A DNA stretch of 64,000 nt from Salinispira sp. (GTDB taxonomy: Bacteria; Spirochaetota; Spirochaetia; DSM-27196; Salinispiraceae). A program made the translations under genes and the position numbers. The first letter of the stretch is position 1. Each line of letters opens with the position of its first letter. Below, piece by piece: positions 49,746-58,600 of this stretch. The stretch spans positions 1,888,001 to 1,952,000 of the forward strand of contig OZ271918.1 of assembly GCA_965602015.1 (NCBI GenBank). The letters are read 5' to 3'. A model generated the notes under the pieces. The model worked only from the letters and a program-made list of their open reading frames with translations. It was not told where the DNA came from and did not search any database.

Positions 49746-49975
49746 TGATAGATTTTTACTTAATCTCAGGCACAATAATAATTATAATTTTCATGTCGGT
49801 TGGGCTTTTAAAATCAACTCCTGACAAAATTGATAAAACTCGTGATGATTTAGATAAAAATCAGAAGGAGAAACTAAAAAGAGTGGCGAAGATATCCGCA
49901 ATAATTGGATTTATTATGGCCACACTTATGCTTATTCTTCTAGTTATCGGTTTTTTGCTTCCGAGTTCAAAATAG
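49745..49975 (+). CDS. Putative immunity protein 4 (76 aa, two TM helices)
   Basis: GTG overlapping the toxin stop (TAGTG); two hydrophobic segments around a charged loop. Confidence 0.65.
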   Translation: MIDFYLISGTIIIIIFMSVGLLKSTPDKIDKTRDDLDKNQKEKLKRVAKISAIIGFIMATLMLILLVIGFLLPSSK

Positions 49976-49984
49976 CTGAGCCCC

Positions 49985-50052
49985 CCCATAAGACTGACTT
50001 GAGCTGCACCGGATCCAATCCCGGCGTCAGCTCCAAGTATCCTTCTTATGGG
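49985..50052 (-). repeat. attC-like palindrome, copy 4 (68 bp)
   Basis: One deletion and one substitution relative to copies 2 and 3. Confidence 0.85.
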
Positions 50053-50335
50053 GTTGAGCCGACAAACGAGTTCTTGGACATACATCAGTCAGTGACGGAC
50101 CAATCGAAGTGCGGTTTGACCGCGATGAGCTGAGAGATACAATGGGAAAATCCGGAGGGAAGCCAGACAGCACAGCCCAAGTCATAGGGAGTAAGGCGCG
50201 AAACCTCGCGCCCCATTCATTCCTACTCTTTCAACCTACCGTCAGCAGAGTATTCACTTTTGATAGGCGGGCCCAGTCACCAAACCCAATACGTGAAAAT
50301 GGGTGGGCATCCGTGGTAGCACCAAACTTCCTGAT
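49985..50335. repeat. Conserved inter-cassette module, copy 4, lacking the GxxExxY segment
   Basis: GGACCAAT-CGAAG joins directly to TGCGGTTTGACCGCG; remainder is a diverged homolog of modules 1-3. Confidence 0.85.
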
Positions 50336-50346
50336 TTGAATTAAAA

Positions 50347-51120
50347 TCAAACAGGCGCCTGACGGCGAATTTCATACATCAGAATACCCGCCGCCACCGA
50401 AACATTGAACGAATCAATTTGACCGCCGCTTGGGATAGTCAGCGTCTGGTCACAGTGGCGGGAAACCTCCCGGGAAGGCCCCCTGCCCTCACTGCCGAGA
50501 ATAAGGGCGATTTTCCCCGAAAGCCTCACCTGTGACGGCGCTGAACCGTTGAGATCTGCAGAGTAAACCCAGAAATCCCGCTCTTTTAACTGTTCGATTA
50601 CTCGTACAAGGTTGGGAACGTAAATCACCGGAGTATGGTGACTGGCTCCGGCGGAGACCTTGCGAACCGTGTCATTTACCTGGGCAGAGCGCTTCTTTGG
50701 CAAAACAAGGGCTTCAACATCGAATAAATTAGCCGAACGTAAAATAGCCCCCAGGTTATGAGGATCGGTTATGCCGTCGAGAATAAGAACCAGGGGATTG
50801 GCTCTCTGACTCCCCTCGAGAATGGACCAGAGATCACTGTCAGCCCTTCTCTTCTCAAGATACTGGGTCGAAACCGCGAGCATAAGATGACGAAGACCCT
50901 TCGGCAGGGGAGAACCCAGAAGCTCGCTCGCTCGCTTCGCGAAAGCCCCTTCATCGAGATGCCGTATTTTTATATTGTCCTGCCCCGCCCTTTTTAGTAT
51001 TTCCTTTTCACGACGATTGAGAGACGGAGAAACAAGCAACTCGCCCCCTCCCCCCGATCGGGAACGCAGGTACTCCTCTATGTCGTGAAGGGAAAAGAGG
51101 ATGCTGTCATTGCTGGGCAT
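50347..51120 (-). CDS. rlmB: TrmH/SpoU family rRNA 2'-O-methyltransferase (RlmB-like)
   Basis: LDGITDPHNLGAILRSA, LGSEGRG, SFNVSVAAGI. Confidence 0.88.
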   Translation of the reverse strand: MPSNDSILFSLHDIEEYLRSRSGGGGELLVSPSLNRREKEILKRAGQDNIKIRHLDEGAFAKRASELLGSPLPKGLRHLMLAVSTQYLEKRRADSDLWSILEGSQRANPLVLILDGITDPHNLGAILRSANLFDVEALVLPKKRSAQVNDTVRKVSAGASHHTPVIYVPNLVRVIEQLKERDFWVYSADLNGSAPSQVRLSGKIALILGSEGRGPSREVSRHCDQTLTIPSGGQIDSFNVSVAAGILMYEIRRQAPV

Positions 51121-51571
51121 AGAGCTTCACCACATCGATTCGACCGTCATAGTCGCTGTCCCGCTCATATCCCTCGACGTAGACCCCTTCGCTCAGGTAG
51201 ACCCACAGATCGATCATTCCGTCGGCATTCTGATCGATTTCTTGACGCACAAGCACTCCGCCCGAGTAGAAGTAAAAATCGTCCATCTGTCCGTCTTTGT
51301 TAAAATCCGAGGCTTCGTATACCTTCTCACCCTCGTCATTAAAGAAGATCCCGTAATCGATCACCCCGTCGCTGTCCTCGTCGTTGACAATCCAGCCGTC
51401 GGTGTAATCAGCGGGATCAAAAGACAGATCTTCGTGAAGGGGGTGGTATGAACCCATATTATCCATACTCGGGTGTGAAGTGGCTGAAAACAACACGCTG
51501 GTCAACAGCAGCCCGGTAAAGGCGGCGGAAAAAATCTTTCCATTTATTGTGAACATAAACTCTCCTGGCAT
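51107..51571 (-). CDS. Secreted protein with repeated DxDxDG Ca-binding-like loops
   Basis: Signal peptide; DEDSDG, DFNKDG, DQNADG, DSDYDG. Confidence 0.7.
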   Translation of the reverse strand: MPGEFMFTINGKIFSAAFTGLLLTSVLFSATSHPSMDNMGSYHPLHEDLSFDPADYTDGWIVNDEDSDGVIDYGIFFNDEGEKVYEASDFNKDGQMDDFYFYSGGVLVRQEIDQNADGMIDLWVYLSEGVYVEGYERDSDYDGRIDVVKLYAQQ

Positions 51572-51577
51572 TATCGC

Positions 51578-51608
51578 AAAAAAAAGACGGGACTTTGAGT
51601 CCCGTCTT
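51578..51608 (-). terminator. Intrinsic terminator after dnaJ
   Basis: AAGACGGGACT-TTG-AGTCCCGTCTT stem with an adjacent A-tract (U-tract on the minus strand). Confidence 0.8.
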
Positions 51609-51651
51609 ATACATCGGCATATGCCAGTCAGCGCTTTACCCGCAGCAGCGT

Positions 51652-52773
51652 TTACAGGTCCCGTAGAAGAACGGGCTTAGGAGCGGTTTCCGTACCTTCA
51701 ATACTGCCGATTTCTTCCATGAGCTTTTTCGCTTTGGAGCTCAAGCGCTGGGGAGTCCGAACCTGGATTTTTATATAGAGGTCGCCCCGGCGATCCGACT
51801 TGTTCAGATGCGGAATGCCTTCATTTCGAAGCCGGAGTATTTTACCGTTTTGGGTGCCCGCGGGAATCTTGAGCTTAACCCGTTTGTCCTCCAGGGTCGG
51901 TACGGTTATTTCCGCACCGAGGCTTGCCTGTACCACGTCGATGGGAATAACGCAGTAGAGATCCGCCCCGTCCCTTTCGTAATACTCGTGGGGTTCGACA
52001 TTGATAAACACGTAGAGATCACCGGATGGACCGCCGTTTTTGCCCGCATCACCCTGACCGGGGATGTTGATGCGTTTGCCGTTTTCGATTCCCGGGGGAA
52101 TTGAAACCTTGATTCGGGTATGCTTGTCAATTCTTCCGACGCCGTGACAAGAATCGCAGGGATTCTCAATGATGGTTCCCTCGCCGTTACAGGTGGGACA
52201 GGTGGAAGCAATTGAAAAGAATCCGCTGGAACGGCGGACCTGACCCGATCCGCCGCAGGTGGGACAGGTTTTCTTGCCGGTGCCGGATTTAGCCCCGCTG
52301 CCGTTACAAACCTCGCACTGCACAGAGCGGTTATAGGATATTTCCACCTTGGTGCCGAAGGCCGCGTCTTTAAACGGTACTCTCAGGTCATAGCGCAGAT
52401 CAGAGCCCCTGACCGCCGAACTCCTGCGGCGATTTTGCCCGCGTCCGCCTCCGAAAAAAGAGTCAAAAATACCGAAGTCGCCGAAAATATCACCGAAGTC
52501 CCTGAACACATTGGAAAAGTCCTGGGCTCCTCCTCCGGCTCCCATTCCTTCGAGACCGGCAAAGCCGAACTGGTCGTATGTTTGCCGTCTCTTGGGATCA
52601 GAGAGAATCTCGTAGGCTTCCGAGGCTTCCTTGAAGCGTTCTTCGGCTTCACGATCCCCCGGATTTTTATCTGGATGATACTTTACGGCGAGTTTTCGAT
52701 AGGCTTTTTTAATTTCGTCCTCGGCGGCGGTTTTACCCACCCCGAGGACTTCATAATAATCTCTTTTGGCCAT
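51652..52773 (-). CDS. dnaJ: Chaperone DnaJ
   Basis: HPD J-domain, G/F region, four CxxCxGxG. Confidence 0.98.
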   Translation of the reverse strand: MAKRDYYEVLGVGKTAAEDEIKKAYRKLAVKYHPDKNPGDREAEERFKEASEAYEILSDPKRRQTYDQFGFAGLEGMGAGGGAQDFSNVFRDFGDIFGDFGIFDSFFGGGRGQNRRRSSAVRGSDLRYDLRVPFKDAAFGTKVEISYNRSVQCEVCNGSGAKSGTGKKTCPTCGGSGQVRRSSGFFSIASTCPTCNGEGTIIENPCDSCHGVGRIDKHTRIKVSIPPGIENGKRINIPGQGDAGKNGGPSGDLYVFINVEPHEYYERDGADLYCVIPIDVVQASLGAEITVPTLEDKRVKLKIPAGTQNGKILRLRNEGIPHLNKSDRRGDLYIKIQVRTPQRLSSKAKKLMEEIGSIEGTETAPKPVLLRDL

Positions 52774-52775
52774 TC

Positions 52776-54725
52776 TTACTTATCGTCCTCGTCGACCACT
52801 TCATAGTCGACGTCTTCGACGTTGTCCTTGGAAGAAGAGGATTGCTGAGAGTCCTGTTCCTGAGCCGATTCACCCTGAGGACCGTCGCCGGCCTCCTGGC
52901 CTTCGGCTCCGCCCTGGGCAGCTTGGGCCTTGTAGACTTCTTCAGCAAGCTTATAGCTGGCCTGCTTCAGAGCCTCTGTTTTCGCCTTGATGTCGTCGAC
53001 ATCGCTGCCTTCCATGGCCTTCTTTAGGTCGGCGACCGCTTCATTAATCTTTGCTTTGTCATCGTCATTGATTTTGTCGCCGTAGTCAGTCACGGACTTC
53101 TCGGTGGCGTAAATCAGACCGTCGGCCTCGTTGCGGACTTCGACGCCTTCCTTGAGCTTCTTGTCTTCTTCCGCATTTACCTCGGCGTCCTTAACCATCC
53201 GGTTGATTTCGTCCTCGCTGAGACCGGAACTTGATTCGATACGGATCTTCTGTTCCTTACCGGTACCCAAATCTTTGGCGCTTACATGAACGATACCGTT
53301 GGCATCAATGTCGAACGTCACTTCAATCTGGGGTACGCCGCGGGGCGCCGGCGGAATATCCGCAAGGTCAAAGCGGCCCAGGGTGCGGTTTTGCCCTGCC
53401 ATTTCCCGCTCACCTTGGAGGACGTGAATTGATACGGCAGTCTGATTGTCCGCCGCGGTGGAGAATATCTGTGTTTTCCGGGTGGGAATGGTGGTATTGC
53501 GCTCGATGAGCTTGGTGAAAACACCGCCGAGGGTTTCGATACCCATGGACAGGGGAGTTACATCGAGAAGCAGTACATCCTTGACGTCGCCGCCGAGAAT
53601 ACCGCCCTGAATTGCCGCACCCAGTGCCACGACCTCGTCGGGATTCACTCCCCGGTGAGGTTCCCGCTGGAAAATTTCCTTAACAAGGGCCTGCACCGCG
53701 GGAATCCGGGTAGAACCCCCGACGAGAATTACCTCGTCAATGTCAGACGCGCTGAGTCCCGCATCTTTCAATGCGGCCCGGCAGGGTTGGGCGGTGCGCT
53801 TAACCAGGTCGTCAACCAGCTGCTCGAATTTGCTCCGGCTGAGGTTGTATTGCATGTGTTTCGGACCGCTGTCATCCGCGGTGATAAACGGCAGATTGAT
53901 GTCGGTGCTGCTGGTGGAAGACAGTTCCTTCTTTGCCTTTTCCGCCGCTTCCTTCAGCCGCTGAAGCGCCATCCGGTCCTTGCTGAGGTCGATGCCGTAA
54001 TCGCTTTTGAAATTGGCGATGAGCCAGTCGATGATTTTCTGGTCAAAGTTGTCGCCGCCGAGATGGGTGTCGCCGTTGGTGGACTTTACTTCGAAAACGC
54101 CGTCGCCAAGTTCCAGAATAGAGATATCGAAGGTACCGCCACCGAGGTCGTAAACGGCGATTTTTTCGTCTTTTCCTTCCTTGCCGAATCCGTAGGCCAG
54201 GGCGGCGGCAGTGGGCTCGTTGACGATACGCTTTACTTCAAGCCCGGCGATTCGACCGGCGTCTTTGGTAGCCTGGCGCTGAGCATCGTTGAAGTATGCG
54301 GGAACAGTAATTACCGCCTCACTTATGGTTTCACCGAGATAGCTTTCGGCGGTTTCCTTCATTTTTTGAAGGATTGCGGCGGATATTTCCGGGGGGGTAA
54401 ACTTCTTGTCGTCGACCAGTACCTTTACCGGTGCGGTTTTGTCGCTCACGTCTACCTTGTACGGCACCATCTCGATTTCGACGTCTACCTCATTGCCTCT
54501 TCGGCCCATAAAACGCTTGATGGAGTAAATAGTGTGATCGGGATTGGTAACCATCTGGTTTTTTGCCGGCTGTCCGACAAGGCGCTCACCCTTTCCGGTG
54601 AAGGCTACCATTGACGGTGTGGTCCGCTGTCCTTCGGCATTTTGAATGACGACGGATTCGCCGTTTTCCATTACTGCAACACACGAATTGGTGGTTCCCA
54701 AGTCTATACCGATTATTCTACCCAT
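52776..54725 (-). CDS. dnaK: Chaperone DnaK
   Basis: [36 protein letters not shown]. Confidence 0.99.
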   Translation of the reverse strand: MGRIIGIDLGTTNSCVAVMENGESVVIQNAEGQRTTPSMVAFTGKGERLVGQPAKNQMVTNPDHTIYSIKRFMGRRGNEVDVEIEMVPYKVDVSDKTAPVKVLVDDKKFTPPEISAAILQKMKETAESYLGETISEAVITVPAYFNDAQRQATKDAGRIAGLEVKRIVNEPTAAALAYGFGKEGKDEKIAVYDLGGGTFDISILELGDGVFEVKSTNGDTHLGGDNFDQKIIDWLIANFKSDYGIDLSKDRMALQRLKEAAEKAKKELSSTSSTDINLPFITADDSGPKHMQYNLSRSKFEQLVDDLVKRTAQPCRAALKDAGLSASDIDEVILVGGSTRIPAVQALVKEIFQREPHRGVNPDEVVALGAAIQGGILGGDVKDVLLLDVTPLSMGIETLGGVFTKLIERNTTIPTRKTQIFSTAADNQTAVSIHVLQGEREMAGQNRTLGRFDLADIPPAPRGVPQIEVTFDIDANGIVHVSAKDLGTGKEQKIRIESSSGLSEDEINRMVKDAEVNAEEDKKLKEGVEVRNEADGLIYATEKSVTDYGDKINDDDKAKINEAVADLKKAMEGSDVDDIKAKTEALKQASYKLAEEVYKAQAAQGGAEGQEAGDGPQGESAQEQDSQQSSSSKDNVEDVDYEVVDEDDK

Positions 54726-54809
54726 AAAAATCTCCTTAATTCCTCATCCGTCTTCGTCCGACGGACTATCCTTAAAATATACTGAATTTAAATTTGCAAC
54801 GACCGTTTT

Positions 54810-55442
54810 TTATGAGGATGTCTCTTCTGTTTCCTCAGCGTCGCCGCTACCCCCGACGGGATTGGCGACCTTCACCTTTGCGGCGCGTATCACCTGATCC
54901 TTAAGCATGTACCCTTTTTGGAAGTCCTGAAGAACAACCTGTTTGTCGTGTTCAGCGCTGTCCTCCATCATCATTGCTTCATGTCTGTTGGGGTCGAACT
55001 CTTCACCTTCGGCTTCGAATCGAACCAAATTCCATTTGCGCTCGAGCATGCCGACGAATTCCTTTTCGATCATGACTATACCGTCGTGAAACGAGGTATA
55101 ATCTTTAGCGCTTTCCGAACTCTGGATTGCCCGCTCGAAATTATCAATTATGGTGATGAGGTCTTCCAGTAACTGCTTGTTGGAATACGCAATAGCCTCT
55201 TCTTTCTCGCGAAGAAGACGCTTTCGGAAGTTATCCATATCTGCCTGTTTGCGCAGGTACTGGTCTTTGAGATCGGAAACTTCCTGGGTCAGCTTCTCAA
55301 TCTCCCGTTCCTTTTTTACGAGCTGCTCTTCGAGGGAAGATTCGCCCTCTTCCGGCATTCCGGTTCCGGTGTTCTCTTCAACCTGTTCGGAGCCTTCGGG
55401 TGTTTCTGTATCTATGGTCTGATCCTTCTCTTCGGCGGCCAC
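54810..55442 (-). CDS. grpE: Nucleotide exchange factor GrpE
   Basis: ADMDNFRKR, FDPNRHEAM, QKGY...RAAKVKV. Confidence 0.97.
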   Translation of the reverse strand: MAAEEKDQTIDTETPEGSEQVEENTGTGMPEEGESSLEEQLVKKEREIEKLTQEVSDLKDQYLRKQADMDNFRKRLLREKEEAIAYSNKQLLEDLITIIDNFERAIQSSESAKDYTSFHDGIVMIEKEFVGMLERKWNLVRFEAEGEEFDPNRHEAMMMEDSAEHDKQVVLQDFQKGYMLKDQVIRAAKVKVANPVGGSGDAEETEETSS

Positions 55443-55585
55443 GATACCTCCTACGAAATATCCAATAAGAATAGTTTGTGTTGTGTTTTGGACGAGTTCT
55501 GGTAGGAAGAAAATACACAGAGAGAATTACATGGTCAAGTGAAGATGAAATTTTCTCATTCCCCGATTCACCAAAAACCCTAAAG

Positions 55586-55613
55586 AAAACGCCGGCTCCG
55601 TTGGAAGCCGGCG
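55586..55613 (-). terminator. Probable terminator after the coiled-coil gene
   Basis: CGCCGGCT-CCGTTGGA-AGCCGGCG with adjacent AAAA. Confidence 0.6.
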
Positions 55614-55638
55614 CTGCCTGGTCCGCCCGACCGCAGGA

Positions 55639-58600
55639 TTAACGGTGGGCCATTTCGAGTATCAGTTCGACTTCCCCCCGGGAAATCTTGCAAGACTTCG
55701 CAATGTCTTCGATTTTCCAGCCCTGATGTTTGAGTTTAATCACCATATCCCTGACGGATACCGATGGCGCGGGCTTATCATCCTGAAGCTGCAGGCTTTT
55801 CCCCGAAGCCACGCTCCCGAGTATTTCCAGCCTCTGGTCCGCCTGCTGGGCCACTTCCTCCAGGCGGGTTTCGGTGCGGGCCAGCCATTCCCGGGCTTTC
55901 TGCATTGACTCCATTCGTTCTTCCGTCTCGGCCATCATGGCGTTGAGATTCTGAAGATTGCGCATGGCCATATCCGATTCCTTTTTGTTGAGGGCCAGAC
56001 TGTCAAGCCTGCCTTTCATTGCAGACATGCTGTCTCCCATTTCGGATATGCCCCGTCCGAGGTCGGCGATACGGTTTTCAAGGTCGGTCAGACTGTGGAA
56101 ATTTCGGTCGACACCTTCGAGGGTCGTGTCGATAATTTCCTTGCGCTTGGTGAGCCGGTCATAGCGTTGATCCAGTTCCTTCTGAAGCTCATCGAGGTTT
56201 CTGATGGCAAGCTGCACCTGCTGAAGGTTATCGTGTTTAGCCGTCACCTTGCTCAGCTGGCTGTCCACCGTCTGGGACATGTTTATCAGCTTCTTATAAT
56301 TATCTTCTATTCCCTCAAGCCTGCGCTGTTCTACCATAAAACGGGAGAATTTTTCATTGGCCTCGTCGGCCAGCTGCTTCATTTTGCCAAACTCACCCTG
56401 CATTTCGATGACCTGCTTGCCCTCTCCTTGAAGCCGATCGATTTCAGACTTGATGTGGGAAATATCATCCTGCAGGGCCTGCTTCAGGCTGTCTGCCCGT
56501 TCAAACAGTTTCGTCTGCTGAAGGAAGCTCTTCTGCTTTTTATCGATCTCCCTGATGTTGATCTCGAGTACCCGCAGATCTTCATTCAGTCGTTCGACTA
56601 GCCGCTTTTGGGTTCCCTCGAATTCTTCCCGGGTTTGGCTGACAAAGGCCCTGAACTCCCGGGTGGAGTCGTCTATCTCTTTGGTAAAATCCGCCTTATG
56701 GCTGAGGTACTCTTGCTGAAAGGATTGGATATCGAGACTGAGTCGGTTCAACGCCTCCTCGCCGGTGCTTGAGAGATTGTTTTGAAGCTCACGAAGCTGG
56801 ACCGATGCGTCCTGTATGCCGCTTTGCAGGGCATTCCGGGCGGCTTCCCCATCCTTGAGAATGCCGTCTTTCTCGGATTCGAACTCTTCCTTGAGGGTTG
56901 CAACCGTGTCGCTGATTCTGATGCGGAAGGATGACATCTGCTCTTCTACTTCGCTTTCCGAACCCTTCATGCGCTGGAGGATCTGATTTTGCCAGAGGGT
57001 GACATCGGAACGAACCGCATCGTGCAATCCCTGAATTTCGTTGCTATGTTCATCCATCTTGAGGTTCATCTGCTTAACCCGGGATTCCAGATCGCGCTGC
57101 ATGTCGGAGAACCGGTTGCCGAGTATTTCCTGAATATCCTCATAGCGCCGGTCGATAAGGTTTTGGGATTGGCTCTGAAGATCCTCAAGCTGTTTGTCCA
57201 CGCCGCCCCTGACGTTCTCGAGTTTTTGATAGATGACGTCAAGATCCTCCCTGATAACCGACTCCCGGTCCCGGAATTCGCTTTGAACTTCATCAATTCG
57301 GGTGCCGACACCGGTTCTCAGGGTTTCCAGACGGGCGGAAAAATCGTCTAGATATTTCTTCTCAAGGGACAACCGCTGATCCTCGCTGTCCTTGCGGATG
57401 CCGTCCAGGGTGTTGTTGAACTCTTCGGTCCAGCTTTCAAGCCTCTCATCAAGCCCCTGCCCCCTGGCCTTTAAGTCGGTAAAAAAATCCTGCTCGAGAA
57501 TCTGCAGTTGCTCGGACATATTCTGATGGCTTTGTTCCTTCATCCGCTCCAGCAGCTGCTGATGGTTTTGTACCTCTGTGCTGAGTACGGCGAGCTCGGC
57601 CCTGGCAGATTCCAGGTCCTCGCTCCAGCTTTTTTGCATCTCGGAGCTGAAGCTGCGTAGGCGGTCCTTGACATCGCTGTCCATCGCTTCCATGGACTGG
57701 TGTACCTGGCGGTCAAGTTGCTCGAGCTCCTCGCTGAGGTTTTCCAGACGGGCGAGTCGGTAACCGATGCTTCCCTCGTAGTCCGAAAGGCGTTTCTCAA
57801 GATCGCTGAGGATTTTCTGTTCCAACAGGCTGCTGTCGGCTTCTATTTTTTCCCCGATGGCATGGTGGCTCTCGGTCAGCTGGGTCCCCAGCTCTTCCAG
57901 GGATCTCTGAATGCTCACATCGAGCTCGGAAAGCCTTCGGGAACCCTGCTCGCTCAAACCTTCGATTCTTTGGATGTCTGCCCCGGTTTTCTCCAGCTGA
58001 TCCTTAACCCGTTGGGCATGGGCCTCGAAGTCCCGCTGAACCGCTGCTTCAAACTCTTGGCTGCGCTCCGCTGTTTTCCGGACCACGGCTTGGCTCCGGT
58101 CGGAGAAATCGCCTTCTATTCGGGTAATTTCGGCTTCGCCTGCTGCGGCGGCCGCACGGAGGTTTTCATCGTGCTCGCTCCGCCATACGTCGATCTGTTC
58201 CCGGATTTTATCGGCCTGCTGATATGCGGATTCCTGGGTATCCCTGATAAGTCCGTCGAGTTCGGCGAACTTCGCCTCCAGATTTTGCCGATTGACCTGT
58301 CCGGCCTCGGCGATTTCCCGGTTTACCAGGTCCGCCGATTCGGCGACCAGCCGGGCGCTGTCGTTGCGAATTTGCTCAAAGCGCTGGTTGACCTCAGCTT
58401 CGGTTCGGGCGATTTCCTCCTCGACGGATCGCAGGCGTTGGGAATGCTCCTGCTCGAGCTGGACGCTTCGTTCGCTGAGACGGCTGAACTGGCCGTCGAG
58501 CTCATGTATATAGCCGTCACCGCGCTCCATCCACTGCTCAAGCTGATTTTTGATTTCGATAAAGCTGTTCTCAATTCGCTGATGGGAGGCGCTCACCCGG

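Noticed and set aside
36729..50052. Repeated palindrome as a CRISPR array
   Set aside because: Repeats are 69 bp and kilobases apart with genes between them; no cas genes.
50109..50335. GTGCG at the empty site as the 5' end of a group II (IIC-attC) intron
   Set aside because: Other copies read GCGCG; no recognisable domain V/VI and no reverse transcriptase in the window.
53655..54614. 319-aa ORF on the + strand
   Set aside because: Antisense shadow of dnaK, a well-known artefact of codon bias.
55443..55638. CIRCE operator upstream of grpE-dnaK-dnaJ
   Set aside because: No TTAGCACTC-N9-GAGTGCTAA match and no hrcA in the window.
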